DNA from: Chrysomallon squamiferum
Lineage: Eukaryota; Animalia; Mollusca
Assembly: GCA_012295275.1 (NCBI GenBank)
Contig: CM022670.1
Coordinates: 37,696,001 to 37,760,000, forward strand
Direction of reading: 5' to 3'
Length of the DNA stretch: 64,000 nucleotides
Part shown: in pieces, positions 23,834 to 36,272 of the stretch
Layout of the letters: the number at the start of each line of letters is the position of its first letter
Numbering within the stretch: the first letter of the stretch is position 1
The notes under the pieces: generated by a model
The model's database searches: none
Told to the model about the DNA's origin: nothing
The model's input: the letters and a program-made list of their open reading frames with translations, nothing else
Made by a program: the position numbers and the translations under genes

Positions 23834-24686
23834 ATGGATAGTGTTCCTATAGCAGAAGATGATGTTTCTGAGCCACCTGCAGCAAAAAAACCTAAAATTG
23901 AGGTTCCCAGCAACTCAGATCTGGCCACCACGAAGCCATCATGCATAACCAACAATGATGTCAAGAACTGTGTAACTGTGACCACAGCAGAGAATTGTTC
24001 CAATTCTGATTCTGCAGAGAGTACCGCGATGACATCTCCAACAACAGTGACTACTTCTGTTAGCTGTGTAAAAACATCCAGCAACAGCGTAACATCCCCA
24101 AATCCACAGACTGCCATTAACTGTTTGATGTCACAAAATACACAGGCTGCTGTTTCTAACTGTGTGATGTCGACAAATTCACAGGCTGCTGTCACCAGTT
24201 GTGTGATGTCACCAACTTCGCAGGCTGTCGTCACTAACTGTGTGACATCAGCAAATGTGCAGAGTGTTGCCACTAACAGCATAACATCCCCAAGTCTTCA
24301 GACTGCTGCTGCCACCAGTAGTGTGACATCGCCAAATCTTCAAGCAGTCGTCAGCAACTGCGAAACATCGAAAAGTTCACAGCCCACTGTTGCAGTCAAC
24401 TGTATGACACCTTTAAACCTGCAACCAGCAGTGGCCATCAACTGTGTGACAGCAGCAAGTCCACAGCATACAGTTGCCATTAAATTTGTGACAACACCGA
24501 ATCCTCAGTCTGCTGTTACATGTACAGAAAACAGCTCGACTGCTACTTTAAACACAAGCTCTGTAACTACAGCAACGACAGCTGACAGTGTTAATGCAGT
24601 CACTGCAGCAACTACGTCTATTCCAAGCTCGTTGTCGAATGCTACCACTTTACCCCCTGGTGGGATCAATTTAACAATAACCAATG
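23834..24686 (+). CDS. L3MBTL3: L3MBTL coding exon 1 (S/T-rich, 13-14 aa repeats)
   Basis: Long ORF starting [10 protein letters not shown]; NLS-like PPAAKKPK; donor G|GTAATA. Confidence 0.75.
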
Positions 24687-27600
24687 GTAATAATATTTAA
24701 TATGCAGTTATTTATTTATTTTTTTAGTTCAGTGGGTTTCTGAATGTTTTATTTGAAAAACTATTGATTATTAGACTTGCATGATTTCTTGGTGTTTCAA
24801 TTTTAATTATTTTTTACAGTTGCACATATTAATTAAGGCACTTTCAATGGTATTAAGTTTTTGGAATGATTGTTTGAAAAATGAAGAAAGAAAGAAAGAA
24901 AGAAAAAACTAACAATGTATTATTTTCTGTCACACTGTATACTTGAATCAGAGAAAATTTCATGCCATTATTATTATTAACAAAAACAGTTTTGTTTTAA
25001 TAATTTCATTCTTAACAATTACATATTTCTCATTTGTTTTAGATCAGAAACTAGAGTACATATTTATGTATAACTGTAAATCTTAACTATTTATAATATA
25101 TTTTAATAATTATTCATAGATTTCCATTTTACAAATTCATCTGATTTATTTTACTGAAATCATCTTTTAATAATAGAAGAGTGTTTTCATTTCCTTTCTG
25201 TTTTAATTATTAGAGAACCAGTATCCCACTTTGACCAAAATAAAATATCCTGTCATACATCTCAATATTTGCATACTTTATTCAGGTGTTATCAATTTGA
25301 AAGGTCAACCTAAGATTGGCACTATTCTACAGCATCCAGGAATACGACCAGCTCAAATAAGAGCCACTAGCCTTGTGACTAGTCCCAGAGCTACTAATGC
25401 CAGTCCTGTAACCATGGTGAAGGGTAATCATCCATCATTTCATTGCTTTCCAGGTTCAAGAGTGGTATCATACTTTGTGGGATCTGCTGATATTTTCTGC
25501 CCTTTATACATTGTTAATTGCAATACCTATTCTGCTTTTGATTTTGAATAATTTTATTTTTTAAAGTTTTTCCTCACTCGTTCATTGTTAGTGCATGATC
25601 CACATTAATTTTTAATTTATGCACCTAATTGTTGAAGATAAAACTTTTTTTTATTTTTAAGAGGAATCTTTACTGTTTCTTTGTTAATTAATGATTGTAA
25701 AATATTGGTGCAATTAAACTTTTATATGTTCAGAAAATAAAAATTACTGAATGCTATGCTTTTCAATAACATTTCACTATTGTTAATTATAAAGAATATA
25801 GTGAACAAAATTTGATTTAAAATCTTTACTATGTACTAATACAGAATTTGAGTTTCTAATTTTTTTTGGTATATTTTAATATATTTATAACACTAAGTGC
25901 TAAATGAAGTGTGGTTATTTAATAGGTGCATCTAGACCACAGCTAGTCTCAGGAGTAGCACCAGCCAGCCACACACAGCTGAAAATACCAAACCCAAGCT
26001 CTGCACCCCCTCGACAGACACCGATTAAAACACAGCCCAATTTCTCCGTTAAAACCACCACTTTGTCCATGAACATTCCTGGACAAACAGCAATTCCTAT
26101 TCAGACTCTTTCCACAGGACAGAAATCATCTTTGATAGGCATTTCAAAAACTGATTCAAATCTCAGACCCCAGATGCAGATAACAGGACAACCTATTCAG
26201 ATACAGATTCCAGCATCTCAGTTCCAAGTGAATATCGATCCAACAAGACACTTGCAGTCAATCGCTGGAGCTCAGTTACATGCGGTTAGTCTTGACCCTA
26301 CACAAACCATTCAGGTTCCCACATCGGTAGCTGCATCCCAGGACTCCAACAGACAGACATTGCAAGAACAGACGATGAGCTCGCATATTTCTCAGTTTCC
26401 TGTCACACAGCAAATTCTGTTACCAAGACAGCCTATGACAGTTGGAGTTGGAATGCCACCACGGTTTGTGGCCAGAGCTGCAACTGCTCTGGGAAGCCAG
26501 CCTATAACAGTGCAGACACAGCAAGTATTGTCTGGTAATCAGTCGGTCATCCAACCAGCTTCTAATCAACAGGTGACACTTCAGCCAGTGTCATCCCAGG
26601 TCACTTTTCAACTGCAGCCACAGACTATGCAGTCTGGCATGCAGCCACATCAACAGATTGTAATACAGACCTCACCAGGAATTTCTACAAAATCATCTGG
26701 TTCATCAGTTAAAACAACCACATCTGTAGTTGCAGCTGGTTCAAAACTCATTCCTACTACAACAATAAAATCACTTGCCAAATCACCTGGAGGAAAGGTC
26801 ACTGCCGTGGCTACTGGTAAAGCACCTCGAGGTCGACCTCCTGGATCTGTTAAAGACCGAACTAAAGCTGCCCAGCTGCTAGTACATCAACAGAATACTA
26901 ACAGAATCAAACCAGCTTCTGAAACAGAGAAACCAAGGATCGTTCATCCAGACATGATAAAAACAAAGCCTAGAATCCTGGGACTTGAGAAGAAAAAGAT
27001 GCTGGAAAAAGTTCAGAAATTCGGTTCACCAACAAAGAAACCAATGACAGTAGCTGCTTTAACCAAAGAAAGAAAGAATGCAGCATCCATGAGGGCTGGT
27101 CCTATGGAAATCCTGCCTCAGGATTCAGCTTCAGTTATAACTTTCGATTCAAAAACAAATATATCTTCTGAAATAGCTAATATTAGCATGGTCAGAGCAA
27201 CATCTGAATCATCTTTATCTTCACCACTTATGCAGACAAATAACTTTTCAGGAGAGTCAGTTATTCAAAAAGATTCTTCAGACCAGAACAAATCACTGGA
27301 TGCAATGCCAAAGGAGACTGTTTATTTGTTTCATACCAATCAACAGTTGGCTGCAAAAGACTTATCAGCCTTATCTTTGGTTAAAGAAAAAGAAGCTTCT
27401 CATATAGATCAGAATTCTGAACTGGACAGTACTAAAGAAGCAGGGATGAAAACAGATCAATTTGATTTGTCATCAGCAACAGCAGCAGATATTGCAGATA
27501 AGCAAGATGGAGTTCAAGGTGACGGAGAAGAACTGAATAAGGACATTTCATCAAAGGATCTGATGGATCAGACTGAGGACAAAGATGATATTGAAACAAA

Positions 27601-27914
27601 AGATTCAACAGGTGAACCTGAAGGTGACTTTGACATGCTCTCAGCAATGACTTGGGAGAATGGCATTGGAACTCTTGAAGGCAGTAATCTCAAGGTATTT
27701 TTGTTATTTCTTCATTTTATCATTTACATTCTTCAATTTTTTTATTTGTATGTTTTAGGGGATTTTGTTTTTTAATTAATGTTATAATTTTTTATAAATA
27801 TGCTTACATAACAGTGAAAAATATGTTTCTGTTATTGTATTCTGTCTTGTGTTTTATTTTGCTTATTGTATGAAGATAGTTTGTAATGTCTTCATATTTA
27901 AAGGAATTGGAGGA

Positions 27915-27963
<49 letters not shown>

Positions 27964-30900
27964 ATAATAAATTTTGCCCTAAATTTACAAATCCTGTTTT
28001 TGCATAGCACTACATTTTCTTGTGCTTTTAATACCTATACCTGAGAAAAATTCACTTAATTCAAAAACCTAAATGATTGATTTGGACATAAATATTTTAT
28101 TTTATAGTTTCGAATGAATGAGTTTGGTTTCGTGGAGATGGTAACTGATGACCTCCTTGAATCAGATTTGTCGGGCAAAAACAAAGATGAAAATCAGTCA
28201 TTATTGTCTGATGGTGTGTATAAGTTTATCCATTTCTCTGTGAATTGTAAACATAAAGAATTAAAAATAATAAAAAAAAAAGATATTTATGTAAATATGT
28301 TCTTTACATTTATTCCATACTTTGTCATACATTTTTTTTTTTTTTAGATTTTCCATTCAGTTAAAAAGTAATGAAGTCTGCACATAATTCTGTTTCAACA
28401 CACACACACATGCACACACACACACACACACACACACAATGCATAGAAAAAGTAAAGTTCTGCTAATCATTATTTTTAGATACATCTTTGGCTTCATGAC
28501 AGTTTTTGTTGTCTTTCTAGGAATGTTGGATTTTTATAAAAACATGTTTTTACTGATGTTTTCTAACTTTAAAATAATTATTGTCTGTATTTCTCTTTGT
28601 TTGTTTTAAATACATGGATCTCAAATTTTTTTTTTTTTTTTATCTTGGTTGCAAAATTTAAACACAGTGTCTGTTCAGTGGTATCATTATTTGAAAAACA
28701 TATTGTTTCAGCGGTGAAATCAGAACCCACTGGTAGTCTGACTTGCGAAAATTGTGGAATTGTTGGTGATGCGCGAACTTTCTGTAAGACTGGAAGATTC
28801 TGCAGTCAGACTTGTGTGGGACGATTTGCAGGGAAGTAAGTAATATTACACATACTAAGTGTTAGTTTCTGCCAGTTTTCTGTGCAGTATTCTTTGATTG
28901 AACAAGTGCATAACTACATATGAACATACCATTATTTGATTTTATAATGAGAGTGAAAGTTGCAGTTTCCAATACCTCTGTCTTGCTAATCATAATATTT
29001 AGTATAACAAACTAGGCGAAAAAAGATAAAAGTTGAATAAATACTTAAAACCTTTTTAATTTTGTAATTTTACTTTGGAAAATTCACTATATTATGATTG
29101 TACTGTGATTTTAAAAATTCTTAAATTTATCATTAATAGATGTAGGTGCTAATTCTTCTAGAAATAATATCTAAATTAGACAGTCTAGATTCTGATCTCC
29201 TCTATGTTTTTAAAGTATATCTTAGTTGCAAAAAAAAATAACAATCCAGTTTGCTGTGTTTTTTTAGTGTGATAGTCAGACTTTCAGTTGTACCAAAATA
29301 GATACTTCTCACAGCAAAATAATTTCAAAATATTTTACAATTAAAAAAAAGTTTTAAATTTAAAATTTAGCTAACATTTTAATTTAAATTTTACAGAAAA
29401 AATATCAAAAGACTACAATCATTAGAAAATAATGGAAGTATAGATGAAACAGGTTCTCTAACCAAGATTGTAGAAAGACCAAAAATGTTGATGGGTTTGA
29501 AAAAGAAGAAACGGAAGTTCTTGCTAGATAAAGATGGAAAGTCTGGACTGAAGGTCATTATACCTGATGAAGAGGAACTGACAAGAATACCTAACATTCC
29601 AGGTAACACAGCCATGACTGACTCAAGACAAAGCAAAACAGACATAATCAATAAACATCTTAATGTATTCAAACAGTATTTTTCTAAGATCTTTTTATCA
29701 TCAGATTAAAGGAAAAAACATCAATAATAACTGTCAAAGATAACTATGGTTAAATTTAAAAACGAGATTATAAGCTTATTTCTAAAAAAAAATTAAATTG
29801 AGAAAATTTTGTAAAATAATCTTTTAAAGAAAACTGCAGATTTTAGGAAATTTGCATATTTGTAGGTAAAAAGTGTCGAAACTTTTCTTGGAGCCAGTAC
29901 CTGAGTGAAACTAATTCCATTGGAGCTCCAACTAAACTTTTCAAAGAAGTAAGTTTGTACATGCATAAATTATCAAAGAATGATAATATTACAAGAGGCC
30001 TTCTTGTAGTCTCTTCTTGTGATTACATTGTGTAAACAAATTATTGTTGATAAAGTCTTCAATACTCATGAGGAATGAAGTCTTCCCTCATTATCTGGTT
30101 TTGTTTAAAATGTTTTCAGATGCATCTTCTTGGCTATCACTGACATTTAAGATTTTACTTACTAGATAAGTAATTGTTTTGCAAGAGGTATTAGTTTTAG
30201 ATCATTTTATGACTTGTTAAAAATGAACTAGAAAACATATTTTTAAATGTGTAAATAAATAAATATTATTACATCATTTATGTTAAAAATCTACTTTTTA
30301 TGCTTATAATTACAGAAAGTTGTGTTAATTTTTTTTTCAGCCATTTCCTATTGTTATGCATGGAAAGCATGGCTTCAGGGTGGGGATGAGTCTGGAGGGT
30401 GTTGACCCTTCCCACCAGTCACTGTACTGTGTTCTGTCAGTAGCTGAGATCCAAGGTTACAGACTTCGCCTTCACTTTGACGGGTACTCGGAATGTTACG
30501 ACTTCTGGACCAATGCTAATTCACCGTTTATTTTTCCTTGTGGATGGTGTGAAAGAAACGGAAAGACTCTTCAACCCCCTAAAAGTGAGTAATGAATACA
30601 TTTGGATATGCAATATCAAACATTTTTTTCAGTTGTAATTTCATTTTAACATGTTGAGAAATAATTAGTACAGAACTTGCTACATGAGTACATACGATTT
30701 TAGAGCTTCTGGATTATTTCTTGGTGCAGCCAGGTGTCTTTTAACAGTTTTCTCAAATACCATGATATTAATTTTCCCATCCAAAAGAAAATGTGTATAA
30801 AATGTCCCTTATTATTAAAAAAAAGAAGAAGAAAAATCTTGTTAAGCTAACATTGTATAACTATTTCTTAATATGTTGATGGTTGATGTTTCTTACAAAT

Positions 30901-33900
30901 AGAATTAACGTTATACTGGATGCTGTTAATGTATTGTTTAATTTCTTTGATTTGAAGACTAAATTTTATTTATTTATTTCCAGATCATTCAAAAGAGTTG
31001 TTTACATGGCATAATTATTTTAAAATGTCAAAAGGACAGCCAGCTCCAAAGAATCTTTTTTCAAATCAGCCAGCTACAGTAAGTTTTTATTTATTTATAT
31101 TTTTCTATTTTGTCAAATGCATAATGCAAAATATAATTTGAAAAACATTATCCGAATAACTGAATAAATCAAAAAGTCCAAACAGACTGAGTCTTTACAT
31201 GTTAGATGTGAAATATTTGAATATTAAGAATGTTAGTTCATTTCTTTAATTATTACATTAGATTCAGAAAATACTGTGTTGAAATCTTTTTTATTTTGTT
31301 TTATTTTTTGATTAAAAACATGAATAGTTGAGTTAGATGTCATGAATTACTGTGAACTTTCCTTCTTGCTCATTCTCTGTCGATCTTTATTTTTGTTTTT
31401 CATTAATTTCTTAACTTTGGTCTCCACTTCTATGAATCTTGAAACTGAATAATTAATCAATTTAATGAGAATTTGTTTTCTTCCAGATGGTAACACCTAA
31501 TGCCTTTCGAGTTGGCGGTAAACTGGAAGCAGTGGACAAAAAGAACCTTGCTTTGATCTGTGTTGCTACGGTAGCAGACATTCTAGGGGACAAGGTCCTC
31601 ATTCACTTCGATGGCTGGGAGGACTGCTACGACTACTGGTGTGATATAACCTCACCGTATATCCATCCTGTTGGTTGGTGTCAGAAGAATGGAAGAGCTC
31701 TTTCTCCACCATTTGGTAATAATTCCTTTGTTGTCTATTTTAAATCTTGTTTAGCAGATATAGCAAAGACTAAAAATATTTGTTATTGTACCCAGTAGGG
31801 GAGCATTAATAAAGTTTTATAGTTTTTGTTTTGTTTTTTGGGGGAAATTTTGTAATGGATGTTTTAAATAAATTGTATAGTTTTCTGATTCATTAAAAAT
31901 AAAGTAAAACTCTTCCATATATATATATATATATAAATATTTATTTATTTATTATTATTATTTTTTTTAATAGACCTGCATTTTGGACATTAAAATTATA
32001 GACCCTAGTTCCCACCTTTATTTAACCAAAGAAAACAAATGTCACAAAAAGTGATTTAGTGCTCCATTAAAATATTTTTCTGCATCTTTTAAAATTAATT
32101 ATCAATAGTGAAATAACTTATTTACAGTTAAAAGTAACTGAAAATCTTTATATAAAAGTATTAACATTATTTTTCTAGATTGGAAAGAAGTGAAAAGCTT
32201 CACATGGGAGGACTATCTGACTGTGACCAAGTCTTCTGCAATTCCAGCCAGAGCATTCAAACCTGTAAGATTTCAGTGACATATTTATATTGAGATAATT
32301 GTTAAATGCAGTTCCAGTGTGGTGCAGATATTTAAACTGCTCTAGGAGAGCTTGGTATTTGTACCATGTTGAATGTTTTGCTAAATTAATGTGAAATTCA
32401 TTTAAACAGGGAATTTCCATACTTTGTATAACCACCTAGGTTTTCTAAAAAAAAAAAAAAAAAATTTACCCCTATTGTGATGAATCAGAAAGACGCTAAT
32501 TTTGTCAGTAATGGTAGCAGTATCCTTTTTTTTTTGTGTGTTTGTTTGGAGATAAATTCATGAATTATTGGAAAACTACTTGGTATTTTTAAATGAAATG
32601 TATTATGTTGTGTACATAACTTTTCTGAAAAGTTTTGCAAGTGTTTTTACGTTTGGAATGTTTCAGAGGAGTCCAGTTGGTTTTGAGGTGGGTATGAAAA
32701 TAGAGGTGGTCGATCAACGAAATCCAATATTGGTTCGAGTGGCAACGATATGCGAGGTGATTGATTACCAGGTGAAGATCCACTTTGATGGGTGGTCAGA
32801 CATGTACGACTACTACCTAGATGATGACAGTCCAGATATACACCCACCTGGCTGGTGCGCCAAGACAGGACATGTATTGCAGCCACCATTTAGTGAGCTC
32901 ATTTTTAAAATGTTAAATATATTAATGGACAGTTTTCATGTATTTTTATTGATATGTTTTTAAATATGAAACTTTTAGTCATGATGTGTTTTATCGAAAC
33001 AGGAATCTTGCAACAGAAATCTACTCTTATTCTTTTTAATTAGGTTTTTAAAAAAAAAAAATTTTTACTTTGAACTTGTATGAACCTAATGAAAATATCT
33101 GTAAGGATATAGAGTTGCAATAATAATAATAATTATTATTAGATAATTAAAACATCAAAAAACTAATTATCTAGTAATAATTCCTTAAACTATAAATATT
33201 GTAATTTCAGGCCCATCAGATCTTGTCCACTCTCCTGGTCAAAGTGGATGTCCAACTCCTGGTTGCAGAGGTAGTGGTCACATCAAGGGTGCCAAATACA
33301 CTGGTCATCACAGGTTAAATATAAATTTGAATATTAGTTTAGAAATACAATGTCAAGCATTGATGCTACAGCTATCTTGAAACTGGAAAAAGTGTATATA
33401 ATTTATTTGAATAATTATTTGAATAAAAGGTAGTTAGCAGCTTGTTTACTTCAGAGTTAGAAATGACATATTGAATACGAAGAAAAGGATTTTAATAGAT
33501 CAAAAAATGTATTGTTGGTGTATCTGTTGGATAATGTCCCATTCTAGAGAGTGCCCCATGTTTGGGTTGTGTTCAAAGAGTGAACAAATTGCAATCCATT
33601 CAGTGGGAAGACACCTTTAAAGCTCATGCTTGATGTGATTAACTTGTTGTGTAAGATGAAAGCAAATGTTGTCTTTTATAACATCTTAACATGACTAACA
33701 TTTTATTTAATTATTTAAATGAACATTTTAGAAATGTATTTAGAGAAAATGTATACCTGCACAATCAATAAAATATGAATATCCAATGATGCATATATAA
33801 TTTCTGAACCTTGATCTTTTGTTTCTCTTTCAGTGCCTTTGGATGTCCATATTCTACAGTAAACTTGAACAGAGAACCTACTATTCAAGACAGACTGATG

Positions 33901-35437
33901 TCCTCTCGCAGTGAGGATAGTGTTTCTCTGCCAACATCAGCCAAAGTTTTGTCAGATTCTGAAGGCTGGAACTTTGAAGAACCCAGGTTTGACAGCGTTG
34001 CTAAATATTCTATAAAACAAATTTAAAAAAATAATAATGATAGTAATAATAAATAAATAAATATAATAATTTTAAAATTTAAAGTTAACCTTTATTATTT
34101 TTCTTTTTTTCTTTTTTTTTTTTATCTGTTGCACTCTTTAATCTTGTGGGGGAGAAAAAGAATTCTGAAATGTTTATTTATAAAGGAATATTCCAGTAAA
34201 ATTTTAATGTTTGTAATTATTTAATATTATTCTGGTCATTCTGACTGAAAAAGTGTCCCACTGAAGGCTGTGATGGGTCTGGACACATCACTGGGCGGTT
34301 CACTGCTCACCACCGACTGTCTGGCTGTCCACTCAATGAGAAGAACATAGAAAAATACCAGGAACAAGTGGAGCCTGTCAGAACTTACACCGGAGCAAAA
34401 CGAGGAAGAAAAAGGTTAGTTATTAAAAAAAAAAAAAAAAAAATTGATATTATTACATTTATCTTGTAAAGAAACTTTACATTCTGAAAATTTGTGCTAA
34501 AAGTAAAAAGTACACTCATATAAAAAGATTTTTTTTGAATATTCTTAAGAAAATAAGAAACTTGATAAGAAACATCAGTGAATTAATTAACTTTCATTTA
34601 TGTTCATTGGTTCATTTATTTTTATTTTTTTCAAAGAATTAGATGTAAATATATAATTGATTACAAGTCAGGTGAATTTTTAAAATATAGAATGAAGACT
34701 GAGAAAATGGCTTTTGTTTTCCCCATACCAATTCTTTATTTATAATTTTTACTGTTATTTGTCAATTATTATCATTAAGTTCTGTTCTTTTTGTTTAAAA
34801 ATTTTTTTAAATGTATTTCATTGACCAATGTTTATATTCCAGACATAAATTCTTGCACATGGGTGATCGATGTGGCAGGCCACCCAAAATAAAAAGAGAA
34901 CCCAGAGATCAAACTTGTAAGTTGAAAATCCTTTTTTTATTTTTTATTAATTCAGCAAAAAATAAAATAACATGAAACAGTTGGAATACTAGTCAGAAAG
35001 TACACCACCTAAATAATTTGTACGATCTGAAGTTTCGAATTACACTATATTATAAACCTGTTCAGCAGACATATGATATTTGTATTAAATTAACAATTAT
35101 AAACATTTTTTTTTGTTCCCAAGTTAAATGTTTTATTCAGATTATAAAATTTAAGCTCTTAAATTAATAAAATAAATGTTCTTTGCTGATTTATGTTATA
35201 AAATAACAAATATTTTTCTCATTAAAATAATTCATGAATTTGTTCAAAATTAGTCATTTGTTTAAAAGCCCAGTGTAAAGTTAGGGAATATGTTTAAATG
35301 CAGTTCTTCCAAGAAAAGTAAAGGAATATAATTTTCAGTCTTAATATTTTTTTCAATGGTTCAGATTTTCCCTCAGTGTACAAACATTATTAAACACTTG
35401 AATTAATAAAGAAATAAAAAAGCACATTTTCAATTAG

Positions 35438-35468
<31 letters not shown>

Positions 35469-36272
35469 CAGAAATATAAAAAATGATGGGAATACCAATT
35501 TCACACAATACCACACAGTCCTATATCCTTGCTTTAAATGATTAAATAACAAACACAATTTACCAGTTCATTACTACCAAGAAAGTAAATATTTAAACAG
35601 GTTCTGCACTGATGGATGGTTATTTATTTCAGGGGGTGATGATGATGATTCTTTGCTCAACGGCATCCATCAGTCAGTGTTTATGTCCTCCATGGTTCCA
35701 AACCCAGCCAAGGATTTACCGCTGTGTTGGGAACAACATTCCAAGCTGCTGCCTGGAGTGGACAAAATCAGAACATCTGATGTTTCCAAGTGGACAATGG
35801 ATGAAGTAGCCAGCTTTGTGCACACACTTCCTGGATGTAAAGAACAGGGCAAAGTGTTTAAGGAAGAGGTAAAATATTATCTGATGCTGATATACAGACT
35901 TGTCAGCATGCATTTTGGATTAAATACAACATACCTCCACGACTGTTTTAATGTATTTATTGTTTTGGTTTTTGTACATATTAGTTTAACTAATTATTCA
36001 AAAACATATATGAATAAATAATTTGGTGTAATTTATATTTGGTACTTAGAAATAACTGTATTTTTGTGCTGATGTGTCTGTCAAACATTTATTTATTTCA
36101 TACCATTATATATTTCATTTTGTTTGGGTCCTTTTACTTTCAGCAAATTGATGGAGAAGCCTTTTTGTTGCTCACTCAGGCAGATATAGTGAAGATAATG
36201 AACATTAAACTTGGGCCAGCTCTCAAGATCTTTAACAGCATTTTAATGTTCAAAAATGCAGCAGAAGTATAG
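23834..36272 (+). CDS. L3MBTL3: Lethal(3)malignant brain tumor-like protein (L3MBTL1/3/4 family): FCS finger, 3 MBT repeats, 2 C2HC fingers, SAM; ~1674 aa
   Basis: 18 exons totalling 5025 nt: 23834-24686, 25286-25423, 25926-27694, 28108-28213, 28712-28835, 29397-29602, 29866-29948, 30341-30584, 30984-31078, 31487-31715, 32179-32264, 32667-32892, 33211-33313, 33834-33986, ~34244-34414, 34843-34916, 35633-35868, 36144-36272. Motifs: [21 protein letters not shown], three HFDG(Y/W) MBT cores, IDGEAFLLL...[11 protein letters not shown]. Paralog-level symbol is uncertain. Confidence 0.92.
24083..24520 (+). repeat. ~11 coding repeats of 13-14 aa (NCVTSPNxQxAVx)
   Basis: Visible in the translation of ORF 23756..24700. 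Confidence 0.8.
25286..25423 (+). CDS. L3MBTL3: L3MBTL coding exon 2
   Basis: ttcag|GT GTT ATC...AAG G|GTAATC; 138 nt, phase 1-1. Confidence 0.7.
25926..27694 (+). CDS. L3MBTL3: L3MBTL coding exon 3 (Q/S/T-rich, AT-hook-like PRGRPP)
   Basis: 1769-nt open frame ending [17 protein letters not shown]|GTATTT. Confidence 0.88.
27918..27960. repeat. (TAT)n microsatellite
   Basis: Direct reading. Confidence 0.95.
28108..28213 (+). CDS. L3MBTL3: L3MBTL coding exon 4
   Basis: ttatag|[12 protein letters not shown]... Confidence 0.85.
28712..28835 (+). CDS. L3MBTL3: L3MBTL coding exon 5 (FCS zinc finger)
   Basis: CENCG...GRFCSQTC; donor AA|GTAAGT. Confidence 0.9.
29397..29602 (+). CDS. L3MBTL3: L3MBTL coding exon 6 (basic NLS-like)
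   Basis: ttacag|...KKKKRK...CCAG|GTAACA; phases fit neighbours. Confidence 0.8.
29866..29948 (+). CDS. L3MBTL3: L3MBTL coding exon 7 (MBT1 arm)
   Basis: [22 protein letters not shown]|GTAAGT. Confidence 0.9.
30341..30584 (+). CDS. L3MBTL3: L3MBTL coding exon 8 (MBT1 core)
   Basis: [12 protein letters not shown]...[15 protein letters not shown]...PCGWCE. Confidence 0.95.
30984..31078 (+). CDS. L3MBTL3: L3MBTL coding exon 9 (MBT2 arm)
   Basis: [20 protein letters not shown]; AG/GT boundaries. Confidence 0.9.
31487..31715 (+). CDS. L3MBTL3: L3MBTL coding exon 10 (MBT2 core)
   Basis: [14 protein letters not shown]...[13 protein letters not shown]...HPVGWC. Confidence 0.95.
32179..32264 (+). 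CDS. L3MBTL3: L3MBTL coding exon 11 (MBT3 arm)
   Basis: [22 protein letters not shown]|GTAAGA. Confidence 0.9.
32667..32892 (+). CDS. L3MBTL3: L3MBTL coding exon 12 (MBT3 core)
   Basis: [15 protein letters not shown]...HFDGW...[13 protein letters not shown]. Confidence 0.95.
33211..33313 (+). CDS. L3MBTL3: L3MBTL coding exon 13 (C2HC finger 1)
   Basis: [21 protein letters not shown]. Confidence 0.92.
33834..33986 (+). CDS. L3MBTL3: L3MBTL coding exon 14
   Basis: [12 protein letters not shown]...; donor CAG|GTTTGA (phase 2). Confidence 0.85.
34244..34414 (+). CDS. L3MBTL3: L3MBTL coding exon 15 (C2HC finger 2); 5' boundary uncertain
   Basis: [27 protein letters not shown]; donor AG|GTTAGT; no in-phase AG acceptor. 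Confidence 0.8.
34843..34916 (+). CDS. L3MBTL3: L3MBTL coding exon 16
   Basis: ttccag|...GRPPKIKRE...|GTAAGT. Confidence 0.85.
35633..35868 (+). CDS. L3MBTL3: L3MBTL coding exon 17 (pre-SAM/SAM)
   Basis: HQSVFMS...[15 protein letters not shown]...[10 protein letters not shown]. Confidence 0.93.
36144..36272 (+). CDS. L3MBTL3: L3MBTL terminal exon (SAM C-terminal half)
   Basis: [37 protein letters not shown]...*. Confidence 0.95.
   Translation, partial: QIDGEAFLLLTQADIVKIMNIKLGPALKIFNSILMFKNAAEV

Noticed and set aside
23767-24282. 171-aa minus-strand ORF
   Set aside because: Antisense shadow of the repetitive L3MBTL exon
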